Positions 1-13,480 are shown, counted from the first letter of the stretch. The stretch is DNA of 64,000 bases from Octopus sinensis (GCF_006345805.1 NC_043012.1:55180001-55244000), one strand, 5' to 3'. Notes: generated from the letters alone by a model not told the origin. Program-made: numbers and translations.

Positions 1-824
1 GCCCGACATAACAGGAGAACTCAAGTCAATGAACAAGCCTATACATGGTTTCTCAAAATGCTAGAAATACCAACCAGATCTCTATCAAAGAAACAGGTGA
101 GGGTTAGCATCAGGAAGAGCATCCACCCCATCAACAAATTTCATCTGGCTCATGTAAGCATGGAAAAGTAGATATTAAATGATGATGATGATGATTACAT
201 ATTTGTGTTCTTGTGCCAATGTTAGAAACCAGTATTTTTTGGTGATGGCAGTAAGTGTACCATTTCAAATTGTAAGAGAAGTACCCCGTGATGAGGTACA
301 CTTCAGGATAGTCAATCATTCGTGGATGTTGAAAGATTAAAATCATTTGAGGTTCTGCAGCCTAATTAATTAATTAATTAATTACATCATATGAAAATTT
401 AGTGCTATTTATTTTTGTCTTATCATTCTCACTTTAGTTATCAATGTGAGAACATTCAAACAATGAACCTTATGTTGTGACAACTTAGTTTATCTCAAAC
501 GAGGGACATGACATCATGTTATCATTGTTTAGTTCCAGCTCAATCTTGATTGCCCAGACATGAACAAAAGCATCCCAGCCATGACCATTCCATCATATTA
601 GGGAATATCTAGACAACATAGTTAAGGTGTGTGGTCAAACAGTTAGGTGCTCAACCCACAATCATAAAAAATGAACAACATTGTTTGTGTGATGATGTCA
701 TTGATTTCCAACCATGATATCAAGGATACACACACACATACACAAGGTTGCTGTAGAGTGGGCTGAACACTGAAAAAATTTAAAATGTATTCACACCGTC
801 CTCTTTAGTTTATCTTTTATTGTT

Positions 825-1188
825 TCTTTTGCACTTGTTACAGTCATTAGATTGTGGCCATGCTGGAGCACCACTTTGGAGGATTTTTAGTCCAATGAAT
901 TGACCCCAGTATCTATTCTATCGGTCTCTTTTGCTGAATTTCTAAGTTACAGGGATGTAAACACACCAACACCAGTTGTCAAGCAGTGGTAGGAACAAAC
1001 AGACACAACAACAAATGCACAGACACATAACAAGCTTCTTTCAGTTTCCACCTACCAAATATACTCACAAGACTTTGGTCCGCCCAAGGTAGGTAGAGGA
1101 CACTTTCTCAAGGTGCCACAGAGTGGTATTGAACCTGGAACCACATGGTTGTGAAGCAAGCTTCTTACTACACAGCCATGCCTGCACC
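825..1188 (-). mobile_element. SINE family A (tRNA-like head, internal TA/TG microsatellite)
   Basis: Reverse copy of the consensus shared by >20 loci in the window: A-box-like TGGCTGTGTGG, B-box-like GGTTCAGTCCC, 3' ...GACTGAAACAAGTAAAAGAG. Confidence 0.85.
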
Positions 1189-4100
1189 AGTGCACGGAAT
1201 ATTATTATATACACTTGCTGTTATTTGGTTTGCTGCTGCTGTTATCTGATGTGTATTTGTTTTATTGCTTGTTGTTCCTCCAACACTAGCGACATAATCT
1301 AGTTTTAGCTGAAACTGAATGCAAGGACAGTCAGTTGAAATAACAGACATCAAATTAATAATGTTCTCGACTCTCTTTTGTAGCCAACATACATAACTGA
1401 GAAAGACTGACTTTACATAGAGGCCACACAAGACTTCCACAGCACAGTCTACCATGTTTGTTGAGAGGAAAGAGAGAGAGAGAGCGAAAAAGAAAATGTA
1501 TGGATTACTGTTCTCATAGAATTAATAATAATAATAATCCTCTCTAATAAAGGCACAAGGCCTGAAATTTGGTGGGAGGGGAACAGGCGATTACAATGTC
1601 CCCAGTGTTTCACTGGTACTTAATTAATCAACCCCGAAAGGATGAAAAGCAAAGTTGACCATGGTAGAATTTGAACCCAGAACATAGCGACAAATGAAAT
1701 ACTGCTAAGCATTTTGCCCAGCGTGCTAATGATGATATGAATATTCAATTTTTGGCACAAGTCCAGCAGTTTCTGTCTACCAAATCCACTCACAAGGCTT
1801 TGGTCGGCCTGAGGCTATAATAGAAGATACTTGCCCAAGGTGCCCCACAGTGGGACTGAACACAGAACCATGTGGTTGGTAAGCAAGCTACTTACCACAC
1901 AGCCACTCCTAATTTTCTAATACCAGATTCTATCTTGTTGTATGCCACCTTGATTAAATGTTTTCTGCTGTAGCATAAAATCACTCCAAAGCTTGAGGGT
2001 GAAACTGGGTAAGCAGATATTGTATGGAGACCCGTAAAATGGACTGTACCATTATTTAAAGGGCCAGCTTTGTCACACATTGTATCATGCTAATTCTGTC
2101 TTAGCTACTGCCTTAACAATGCATGTGTCCTTGGAATAATCAGTCACTTGTTAAGCTGAAGAGGTCAGTTGATCAAACTACTGGAATGAGCATTGTTGAA
2201 TCTGACAGATGATCCATTTACTATGACTAACGAGGAATGGAATATAGGTTATTGCTTGTCTCTCGCTGAACACCAAACCACAGCAAAAAAAAAAAAAAAG
2301 AAGGATGTTTTACTACATAGCTTAAGAAATCCTACAAAATCCAGCAGAAATTATTGTTTGACTGTAAACAGGATTACCTTCCCTCAAACATAGTACACAT
2401 ATAGTAATTAAAAAATAAACAGAAAAGAGACAAATACACAGAAATAATTGCCGCAGTAATTACCTCATTATACCTCAAATATTCTTCTGAGACTCATGCT
2501 ATCAATCATAAATGCAGATAAACAGGAAATACTGAGCTGTGACTAAGTCCACCTTGACCAATTCTACTCTGGTCACTACCAAAATTTGCTGGTGTGATTG
2601 TATGACAAGAAGTTTGCTTTCCAGTCACAAGGTTTCCGGTTCAGTTCCACTGTGAGACATCTTGGGTAAGTGTCCACTATAGCCCTGGACTGACCAAAGC
2701 TTTGCAAGTGGATTTGGTAAATATAAACTGAAAGAAGTCCATCACATATACATACATACATACATACATACATACACACACATACATATACACGTGTGTG
2801 TATATGTGTTACTATTTTCTGGCCCTGCACTTCATGTAATAGTTGCACACAGTGTTATCATCACGTGAGCAGTAAACTTTATTTCCAATTGTCTGTGAAA
2901 ATATGTCTGGCCGTGGAGAAATATTACCTTACTGGAAAATAGGTGAGGGTTGGTGACAAGAAGGGCATCCAGGAGTAGAAAACCTGCCTCAACAAATTCC
3001 GTTCGACCCACATGAGCATGGAAAAGTGACTGGTAGAATAATGATGATGATAATAGAAATAAGTAAGATGCAATGAATAGAGCACTGGATCTGTGGGTTA
3101 CATTAAGTCTATGACTTTCTATGTGCTACAGGTGTACTCAGTCAGAGCTAACCTGGGGGAAGGGTGCAATACAGTAAAGGGAACTTCTACACAGTCTCTA
3201 AGCTTGCTAAAAAGATCAGTAAAATATCTTCAAAATGCCACCTTATTGTCTTAAAGGAGCAAAGACACCCTGGACAATGTAGTTCTAAATAAATAGAAGA
3301 TGGAATACTTTACATGCTGGTTATCTGTGAATCTTGTTGCCCTTCATTCTGATAGGGGTCAACTCATTAAAGGGTTTCTTGATTTATGGTGGTTTTGTTG
3401 TTTCATATGGTGTGATTGTCCTTCATTGGGATTCTAATTAAAGACCCCCCACCACCATTGGTCATAAATGACCATGGGATTGCACCTAGAAAGTTACCCT
3501 CCGAGGCACAAGTCCAGGCAAGGTTGTTTACGGAAGACCAGCAGTTGCCCATGCATACCAGCGTCCCCTCTCCACACCACTGATGTTATCCAAGGGAAAG
3601 GTAAAGACTGGTACAACGTGGCACCAGTGACATCGCAACTCATTTTTTACAGCTGAGTAAACGGAACAACGTAAAATAAAGTGTCTTGCTCAAGAGCACA
3701 ACAAACACCCTGGTCCAGGAATTGAACTGACTACCTCATGATTGTGAGCCCTATGCTCCAACCACTGAGCCATGTGCCTTCACATTTTAATTAATGCTAG
3801 GGTAATACTTATATAAGGATTTCTAGTTTAGGGAGGTTTTAATAAATATGGGACAGTAATGGGTAGAATGCCTTCGGTCATATGCCAGCTTGTTCAGGGC
3901 TTACTTGAGGACTTAACAACAATAACAGGAATAATCTACATGCCGAATCAATCTGACAACTATGAGAATATGAAACAAAACTATTTTAAAACACAGGTGT
4001 TAAGTAATGTTGTCTTCATTGATTTTCATCGATTTTGACACATGAACGTCTTTCGTTAGACAAGATTGTAATAACAGAGTACCAAACAGGGGAAATTTGA

Positions 4101-5509
4101 ACTTGGATTAAATACAAAAAGAAAAATTACAAAAACAAAACAAAAAATAAATGCAGTAACTCGTTTAGTCCAATAAGTAAAATGACAGAATAGGTAATAT
4201 GCTGGACCATCTACTCATTGGTTAGGAGTTCAAATCCATTTTTGACAGCTAATTTGAAGAATTGTTAATGCATTGGATAGAATACCTTGCGGTGTTTTTT
4301 TTTATGGCTTTGGTATTTTTTATGACTTTCTGCACTGATTTCAAATCCTGCGGAGGTCAACTTTGTCTTTGACACTTTTGGGTTTGATAAAGAAAATAAT
4401 TCAGTATCAGGGTTAATTCTTTCTTTTTTTATTTCTCTCTCTCTCTCTCTTTCTCTCTCAAGCTTTTCCCTGTAACTCAAAAGTCCAGCTTTGTCCCTGT
4501 CATATAGTGTTAATCAAATTCAGTCTCAGAATTGTGTTAAGAGTATGCACGACTGTGGAATACACAGCAGCTTGCGTGTTAATTCCGCAAACAAGAATTG
4601 TTGCTTGAACAACTGTATGCTTATCTCTGACACTGAACAATGTGTATTCTTTTATATTATTTCACTTGCTTCAATTACTAGACTGTGGTCATGCTGGAGC
4701 ACTACCTTGGAGGGTTTAGTTGAACAAACTGACCCCAGTTCTTATTTTTTATTCTATCAACCTTCTTTACTGAAATACTTAATTACAAAAACAAAAACAA
4801 ACCAACACCAGTTAACAAGCTGTGTGGGAACAAACACAAACTCATGTACACACACACACACAATGGGCTTCTGCACAGTTTTTGCCCATCAAATTCATTC
4901 ACAAGGCTTTGGTCAGCCTGGTGCTGTAATAGAAGACATTTAACCCAAGGTGCCATGCAGTGGGACTGAACCCAAAGCACCATGGTTGCAAAGTGAACTA
5001 CTAACCACACAGACCAATGCTGTGCATATGTATGTATTAAAAGAAAATGTTTTTTAGAAAAATATTTTTGATGCAACACTTTAATATATTTACAGCTCTT
5101 CATTTTACTATCTCCATTCTCTAAATATTTTTGTTGCTTACAGCTTTCCTATTAAATTCTTTGAAAGCATTCAATTCTCTTTCAATAAATATTTAAAAAA
5201 AAAGGATGTTTCATTGTCACCAACAATCTTACCAACAACCACCTGATCCTTCATTCTCCTCCACTCCATGTATTTAATTGTTTTCAGTATTCTTGCTATC
5301 ATCTACCGTATCAATTCAACTGACATATGTCTTGCTATAAATTTCAGAATCATACAATGCCCACACATCACCATCACTTCAAGGTTTCCATTATTTTCAT
5401 TACCATTCTTGCATCTAAAATAATAAGAGCGCTGTTTTTCACCAATGTAACAATCACTACTTTTATCAGGTTCCACTGTTATACTATTTGGTGTGAATTT
5501 TCTTGCCTA

Positions 5510-5739
5510 GGAGCTCATCATAGATCGGTTCTTAGTCCCCTCTTGTTTATCACAGTCCTCCAGGCCATAACAGAAGAATTTAAGACTGGTTCCCCTTGGA
5601 AACTCCTCTATGCACAGCCACATGGTTCTGGGTTCAGTCCCACTGCATGGCACCTTGGGCAAGTGTCTTCTACTATAGCCTCGGGCTGACCAAAGCCTTG
5701 TGAGTGAATTTGGTAGACGTAAACTGAAAGAAGCTCATC

Positions 5740-5808
<69 letters not shown>

Positions 5809-6925
5809 GTATGTGTGTGTATATGCTTGTCCTCCCAGCATTGCTTGACAACCGATGCTGATGTATTTACGTCCCTGTAACTTAGCAGTTTGGCAAAAGA
5901 GACTTACAAAGAATAAGACCTGGGGTCGATTTGCTCAACTAAAGGCGGTGCTCCAGCATGGCTGCAGTCAAATGACTGAAACAAGTAAATGAGTATGCCA
6001 ATGAACTTGTTCTTGTAGCTGAATCTCTACAAAAATTAGAGAAAAAATTTCAGGAGTGGCAGTAAAGGCTTGAGTCAAATGGCCTAAGTGTTAATTTAGC
6101 AAAGACCAAAATACTAGTATGCAGGAAAGCAGACAAATTATCAAACCCTTCAGGGAAAGGGTCCTGCTCAACATGTAGAAAAGGTGTAGGCAGAAATTCC
6201 AGACAATGTATACAGTGCAAACAATCGATACATAAGAGATGCAGTCAAATCACAAGAAGGTTAATAGAGAAAGCAGTCTTTGTGTGTGGCAGATGGGCTG
6301 GTACAATAAACAGTAAGAATGTACAGGAAATAGGCTTCCTCAAATGTTTAGAGTGATCCTTAGAGGAAGTAGAAAGTTCCCATTACCCAGATGACCAAAT
6401 TAGCAGTGGAGGTGGTTAAACTGGTTGCACAAATTCAGAAAGCTATTACTTTGTTGGTAACCCCCCTCCCCTTTTGAGTGAAAGAAAGATTGTATGATGC
6501 CTGTGTATGGACTGCAATGCTACATGGCAGTGGAACATGGGCTGTGACTGCAGATGACATGTGAAAGTTTGATAGAAGTGAAGCCAGCATGCTCTGTTGG
6601 ATGTGCAATGTCAGTGTGCTTGTATGACAATGTGTTCAAGAGAGAAATTGGATACGAGAGGCATCAAATGTAGTATGCAAGAGAGAAGACTGTGATGGTA
6701 TGGTCAGGTATGGTCATATGATGTATATGGATGAGAATAGCAGTATAAAGAAGTGTCAATCTCTAATTGTGGCAGGAACCTGTGATAGAGGAAGGTCCAG
6801 CAATATGTGGGATGAGGTGGTGAGAGATGATCTTCAGGTTTTGAGCCTCAGAGAGATGACAAAGGACCAAGAATGACCCGCAGTTTTACTGTGCTTGAGA
6901 AGACTAAGAAAAATCAAGGCCATAC
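5510..6925 (+). pseudogene. Degraded LINE (RTE-like) reverse transcriptase, split by a SINE A insertion at ~5615-5993
   Basis: H.GSVLSPLLFITVLQAITEEFKTG.PW.LLYA continues as (YA)NELVLVAESLQKLEKKF after the SINE, with tatgc duplicated at the junctions. Includes a Cys-rich insert and a 3' WYGH/RGR..W region. Multiple stops. Confidence 0.85.
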
Positions 6926-7621
6926 AAGCATGTCCTTTACATCTATGGCCCTCACCCCACAATATTCCCCCATCTTTCCAAGAGCTATCTTCCTCCATCC
7001 ATGATCACCTGCTGCATGCCCCACCGTTCTTCTTCTTACCTGCACACAGTCACTTTCACTGCTCTTATATATATCTACCATAGCTGCCACCCCTTCTGAA
7101 ACCTCTCCCCCAATCTGAGGGGTAGTTACAATGCAAATTACTCGATGACCCTGCTGGTGCCATGTAAAAGGCACCTAACACACACTCTGTAAAGAGGTTG
7201 TCATTAGGAAGGACATCCAGCTACAGAAGCCATGTGAAAGCAGACCAAAGAGCCTGGTGCAGCTCCTGTCAAACTGTCCAACCCATGCCAATATGAAAAA
7301 CAGATGTTAGATGATGATGATCAGGGTAAGTTGAATTTTTTAGATTGAAATTTACCACCAAAAAAGGTAGGTTGACTTATACAATGGGATAACTTCGGAG
7401 GACCAAAACTTCCATGTAAAAAGCAGGAGGATTTGGAAAGACTGATAACATTTGAATATTCACTCTGTTTTCTTTGTTGACTTGTTTGCAGGAAAATATG
7501 GTATTCAAGATGATTGAAAAGAGGCCACCACCAAGTAGAGTGGAGGCACATGGCTTAATGGTTAGGATCAATAGATCATGGTTTCAATTCCTGGGCTGGA
7601 TGATTTGTTGTGTCCTTGAGC

Positions 7622-7789
7622 GTATGAGTGGCTGTGTGGTAAGTAGCTTGCTTACCAACCACATGGTTCTGGGTTCAGTCCCACTGCATAGCACCTTGGG
7701 CAAGTGTCTTCTACTATAACCTCGGGCTGGCCAAAGCCTTGTGAGTGGATTTGGTAGACGGAAACTGAAAGAAGCCCATCGTATATATG

Positions 7790-7867
<78 letters not shown>

Positions 7868-8248
7868 TTTCATTTAGAGATAGTAGGCCCCTTCATCCCA
7901 CCATATAAAAGAAATTTAATTTAAATACTTACTCATTGAGAATAATTTGAACCCCTGTTATGCCGGAATTTTTATTCCCTAACAAATAGAATTAAATATA
8001 TATATATATATATGTATGTATGTGTGTGTGTATATGTTTTTGTGTCTGTGTTTTCCCTCCAACATTGCTTGACAACTGATGCTGGTGTGTTTTCGTCCCT
8101 GTAACTTAGCGGTTTGGCAAAAGAGACCAATAGAATAAGTACTAGGCTTACAAAGAATAAGTCCTGAGGTCGATTTACTCGACTAAAGACGGTGCTCCAG
8201 AATGGCCACTGTCAAATGACTGAAACAAGTAAAAGAGTAAAGAGTAAA
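7622..8248 (+). mobile_element. SINE family A with expanded internal microsatellite and a ~130-bp unique insert
   Basis: 5' half at 7622-7780 and 3' half at ~8030-8248 match the family consensus. Confidence 0.85.
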
Positions 8249-8719
8249 ACATTTCATTTCACATAGTTTCAGTTTACTCAGCTGGCAAAAATGAGTAATC
8301 CTGCAACGGACCGATGTCCTGTCCAGGTGGGGAATTTCTATGCCATGGAAAGTGGCCCTTATGAGTCAGCACGACTCAAAAAGTTAACCTTTATCTTTAT
8401 CACCAAGTAGAAATAAAGGAGCTGAAAGGAAACATGTTGGGTGTCAAATCTGCTATCGATGTTTTATAAAGGCTGGACGTGAGTAGCAAGATCGACCAAA
8501 TTGCAAAAACATTGAAGCTTCTGACATCTATAATGGGAACAAAATGGGATGATAAAGATAAGATTAGGTAAAGTGTTCAAAACAGCAACATATTAACAAT
8601 CTGGACATGGCTTTTTCATTGATTTGATGATGTTTAATATGGAACAGCATCTGAGTGTACAGATCAATCATAAAAGTAGACATAATGTGCCAATAAATAT
8701 GCTGGTCACCCAAGCAAAA

Positions 8720-8775
8720 GTTACATATACACACATAAATATACATGTATCTATATCTACCTATATGTGTGTATG

Positions 8776-8843
<68 letters not shown>

Positions 8844-9530
8844 TTATATACACATACATTTACATATATATATATATATATATATATATCTTTCTAGTGG
8901 GTCGAATGGCCTATCGGGGCCGTTCCTCAATGTTGTTGAAATTATGTATGTATATATATAGAGAAATAGATAGATAGATAGCTAGATACACACATAACAT
9001 ATATATACATATATGGGTATTTATGGATATTCATATGCATATACATACATACATACCTATATGTGTGTATGTAAGTATATATATATATATATACACACAC
9101 ACTTATATACACTAATACACATAGATATACACATACATTTACATATATAGATAGATAGACAGATACACACATAACATATATATACATAAATGGGTATTTA
9201 TAAGCATGCATATATATATATTATATATATATATATATAATATATATATATATACATACATACATACCTATATGTGTGTATGTAAGTATATATATATATA
9301 TAATACACACACACACACACTTATATACACATAGATATACACATACATTTACATATATAGATAGATAGATACACACATAACATATATATACATAAATGGG
9401 TATTTATAAGCATGCATATATATACATACATACATACATACATACATACATACATACATACATACATACATAGACAGATACATAGATACCTACATACATA
9501 TGTATATATGGATATACATATATAGGCATA
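8720..9530. repeat. Complex TA/CA/GATA microsatellite with a higher-order ~170-210-bp unit repeated about three times
   Basis: The block GATAGATA...CACACATAACATATATATACAT..ATGGGTATTTAT recurs near 8960, 9140 and 9350. Confidence 0.85.
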
Positions 9531-10310
9531 TATGTTTGTGTGGTAAGGAGTTTGCTTCCCAACCACATGGTTCTGGGTTTTTCTTGCTGTATGTAAATAA
9601 TTTGGGTAAATAAATTCTGTTATATATATGTGTGTGTGTGTGTGAGTGTGTGAGCACACTGTGTGTTTGTTTGTATTAATACCTCCATGCCTTGACATCA
9701 AGTGGTAATTGTAAATGAGCTGCCATCATCTTTCATTTCCAATCTTCTGAGAAGAATGCCTGGTCATGAGAAAATATTACCCTGATTGGAATTGAGTGAG
9801 GGTTGGTGACAGGAAGAACATCCATCCATAGAAGAATCTGCCTAAATAAATTCCATCTGACCCATGTTGAAAGTGATACATATGCTTATCACATACACAC
9901 ACACTATATATATATATATACACACACACACACATATATAAATAAACATACTTATCCATATATAGATGAGTGATATATAAACATCAACAAATGTATCCTA
10001 TCCATAGTAATTAAGAGTGTAATTACTAGCAAGTTGTTAAATTCTTATATTACAATGCAGTCAATCCTGGTGGAACAAACTTGCATGTATATATAGCATA
10101 CAGCACATAACAATCTCCAGAGAGAGAGAGATAGAGAGAGAGAGAGAGGGAGAGCAAGCAATATATATATATATATATACACACATAAATATGAGAGGGA
10201 ACCACTATGTGGAAGCCCTTACGCTAAAAAGAGATCCGCATAGGACTCAACCACTAAGAATTGTTCTCCAGAAAATTTAGCACATCATATATATATATAT
10301 ATATATATAT

Positions 10311-10748
10311 GAGAGACAGCTGTGTTGGTATGGTCATGTAATGCGTATGGATGTGGACAGCTGTGTGAATTGCTGTGAAAGAAACTGTGGAAGAGGGAGA
10401 CCCAGGAAGACATGGTATAAGGTGGTGAAGCATGATCTTTAAACATTGGGCTTCACAGAGGAAATGACTAGTGACCAAGACGTTTGGAAATATGCTATAC
10501 TTGAGAAGACTCGTCAGGCCAAGTGAAATAATAGTCATGGCAGATACTGGTGTCACACAACTGGCACTTGTGCCACTGGCATGTAAAAGGACCCATTTCA
10601 CTCTCAGAGTGGTTGGCATTAGGAAGGGCATCCAGCTGTAGAAACCATGCCAAATCAGACTGGAGTCTGGTGCACCCCTCAACTTACCAGCCCTGGTCAA
10701 ACCATCCGACCCATGCTAGCATGGACAATAGACATTAAATGATGATGA
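10311..10748 (+). mobile_element. LINE 3' end with 3' UTR (family B core) and (GAT)n tail
   Basis: LCWYGHVMRMD..CGRGRPRKTW remnant followed by GGAGTGGTTGGCATTAGGAAGGGCATCCAGC...AAATGATGATGA. Confidence 0.8.
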
Positions 10749-11184
10749 TATGTCAGGTACATATGTACATACATCACAGATATGTTCGTTTATAAGGATA
10801 AATATCTAGTGGAGAGCAATATCAGATGAGTAGAAAGCTGCCCTTATATTAGGTACCTTCCTTCTAGGTTTTGAGAGACATGAAGTGTTCAGGATTGCAA
10901 GACACTGTGTGAGAGAACCGAGATAGATATTATAGGTGGGAAGTGTATTTGAAACGATGATGGCATACTGACCATTGATATGGAAGACAAGAAGATGGTG
11001 CAGGAGAACTATTATGAGAGGCTGCTCTACTGTGGAGAATGCACGGGGTAAAGAGAGGTTATCTCATGCTTATCCTACAGAGGGACCAGCAATTCATGTT
11101 GACAGCAAAATAGTAGACAAAGCAATCAATGAATTTAGAGATGGAAAGCTGAAGGTCCAACTGGATAGTTGCAGAAATACTTAA

Positions 11185-11618
11185 CCCTTTAGCATTTAAT
11201 CCGGCCGTATCTGGCCTAAATATTCTAGTCGCTAAATATCAGTTGCCATGATAGATCGTTAGCCACTACACACATTTTTTTTTCTCCTTGTTTTTTCTGT
11301 GTCCCTTTCTGTAGAAGAGCGTAGGCTCGAAACGTAAAAGACTTTTTCTATTCCTGAGCGTTATACTAATACATCTGTTTGCTTTGTACACCAACTGTCT
11401 TCATCTATTGTTTTTTTCGTAAATTCTCCCTAAATATTCTACCTGTTTTATGTTCAAACTGGCCAGATCCTGCCTATCACACCTATTCTACAATGTCATT
11501 CTGGGAATTTACAATTACATCATCAAAATCTCAACACTACAAAATGATAAATGATTAGCTGAAAACAACGAAGGTGAAAAAGTATTATATTTGGCAAAGT
11601 AATGTGAATGCTAAAGGG
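11185..11618. mobile_element. piggyBac-type MITE with TTAA target-site duplication
   Basis: TTAA|CCCTTTAGCATT ... AATGCTAAAGGG|TTAA terminal inverted repeats. Partial copies occur near 37517, 46880 and 54486. Confidence 0.85.
11228..11429 (+). mobile_element. Penelope-like element 3' fragment nested in the MITE
   Basis: Flanked by a perfect 12-bp duplication CTAAATATTCTA (11216-11227, 11430-11441). Contains GAAGAGCGTAGGCTCGAAACGT. Homologous reverse copy at ~39418-39650. The PLE assignment is inference from the hammerhead-like motif. Confidence 0.6.
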
Positions 11619-12247
11619 TTAAAATGTAGGACACATGATTACTGTTGGCAGAGTTAACCAAGTCACAAAGGAAGGTGTCACTCCTAATGTCTGGCAAATC
11701 AGTATCGTCGTAAATTGCTACAAAGGTAAAGGAGATGTTTTAGAAAGAGGAAATTATATAGGAAACATAGAGTAACCAAATTGTTCTATGGAGATCATAG
11801 TGCGAATTATAGCACAATTGATCTGTGACAGAGTAGCACTAGATGAGATTCGGTTTGGCTTTGTTCCCAGAAGAAGTACCACAGATGCAATTTTCCTACT
11901 GAAGCAAACACAGGAGAAATACTTGGCTGAGGGTAAACTACTATTCTTGGCTTTTGTTATCTTGGAGAAGACATTTAATAGGATGTCACATTCAATAACT
12001 TGGTAGTCACTAAGGAAATTAGGTATAGATAAATGGCTTGTTAGGGCTGTACAAACTATGTACAAATATATAGAAAGTAAAGTGAGAATCAACAATGATT
12101 TCAATGAGGAATTTAGCATGAGGGTAGGAGTCCATCAAGGATCAGTACTCAATTCTCTCCTATCCATCATAGTCCTTACCACAGATTTTAAGACTGGTTG
12201 TCCATGGGATCTCCTATCTATTGATGATCTAGTTCCCATAGCTAAAT

Positions 12248-12461
12248 ACTCTTTTACTTGTTTCAGTCATTTGACTACGGCCATGCTGGAGCACCGTCTT
12301 TAGTCGAGCAAATCGATCCCAGGACTTATTATTTGTAAGCCTAGTACTTATTCTATCAGCCTCTTTTGCCGAACCGCTAAGTTACGGGGACGTAAACACA
12401 TCAGCATTGGTTGTCAAGCAATGCTGGGGGGACAAACACAGACACACAAACATATACACAC

Positions 12462-12492
<31 letters not shown>

Positions 12493-12666
12493 GACATATA
12501 TACGACGGACTTCTTTCAGTTTCCGTCTACCAAATCCACTCACAAGGCTTTGGTCGGCCCGAGGCTATAGTAGAAGACACTTGCCCAAGGTGCCACACAG
12601 TAGGACTGAACCCAGATCCATGTGGTTGGTAAGCAAGCTACTTACCACACAGCCACTCCTGTGCCT
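12248..12666 (-). mobile_element. SINE family A, near full length
   Basis: Matches the family consensus from head to tail. Confidence 0.9.
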
Positions 12667-13289
12667 ATATAGAATTAGATAGGAAAATCTAAGTATGGAA
12701 GCTTAACCTAGATTCAAAAAGTCTGTTGGATGTGCAATGTTAGTGTGTGTGTATGTGTATGTGTGTGTGTGTGTGTGTATTTGTGTGATTGAACGTAAGC
12801 TGAGAGAAAACTGTATATTATAAGAATCAGATTAATGTGTGAGAAAGACTGCTGTTATGGAAACATGATGCAGACAACTGGGGATAATTGTATAAAGAGG
12901 GGGTGATCACTTAATGTGGATGGAGATGATAGGAAAGGGTGACTCTGAAAAAACATGGGATGAAATGGTGAAGGATGCCCTCAAGAGACGACAAGGAACT
13001 AGGGTGAGTAGCAATATGCAGTTCTCAAGAACACATGCCCAAATCAGAGGAACTAAGTCCTGGAAGTATTGTGCGTGTGTGTGTGTATGTGTATATATAT
13101 ATAGGTATGGCTGTGTGGTAAGAAGCTTGCTTCCCAACCACATAGTTCCAGGTTCAGTCCCACTGTGTGGGACCTTGGGCAAGTGTCTTCTACTATAGCC
13201 TCAGGCCAATCAAAGCCTTGTGAGTGGATTTGATAGATGGAAACTAAAAGAAGCCCATCGTGTGTGTGCGTGTACATATATATATATAT

Positions 13290-13480
13290 ATTATATAAAA
13301 CCCTTCTGTCTATGTGCGTGTCTTCTAGGATCTCGGGCATCCTCCATCCGATTGCGCTCAAAATTGATATGTAGATACCGACGGTATCAGGGTGTGTATA
13401 AGTCTTGAAAATATTACAAAAATCGATTCCAGGTGAGAATGCAATCAATAAAGCCGTGGGAACGTGCATTTTTATGCGCA
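13290..13480 (+). mobile_element. Helitron-like 5' fragment inserted in the microsatellite of a SINE A
   Basis: Homologous to a reverse copy at ~51340-51545; begins TATATAAAA..CTGTCT.TGTG. The family assignment is inference. Confidence 0.5.

Larger units (their letters stand above)
10930..12243 (+). pseudogene. Degraded LINE reverse transcriptase (same family as 5510-6925), interrupted by a MITE
   Basis: ORFs 11788..12006 (FGFVPRRSTTDAIFLL.Q..EKYL) and 12058..12303 (VGVHQGSVL..LL...FKTGCPWDLL..DDLV). Confidence 0.85.

Noticed and set aside
199-354. 156-nt phase 1-1 open exon-like unit on the minus strand (ORF 131..346)
   Set aside because: The donor falls in a repeat's (GAT)n tail, the acceptor lacks a pyrimidine tract, and the peptide is unrecognisable.
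1168-1455. 95-aa minus-strand ORF in partly unique sequence
   Set aside because: No recognisable domain, low-complexity end running into a SINE, and no convincing splice boundaries.
3905-3952. 48-nt exon-like unit on the minus strand (IDSACRLFLLLLLSPQ) with ttgtcAG / GTaagc
   Set aside because: Plausible splice signals, but such matches are common in AT-rich DNA and there is no homology support. Worth rechecking only if the putative 19-21 kb gene is confirmed.
5608-5841. Recurrent peptide [26 protein letters not shown] in many ORFs, suggesting a gene family
   Set aside because: Conceptual translation of the reverse strand of SINE family A. Copies carry random stops and indels.
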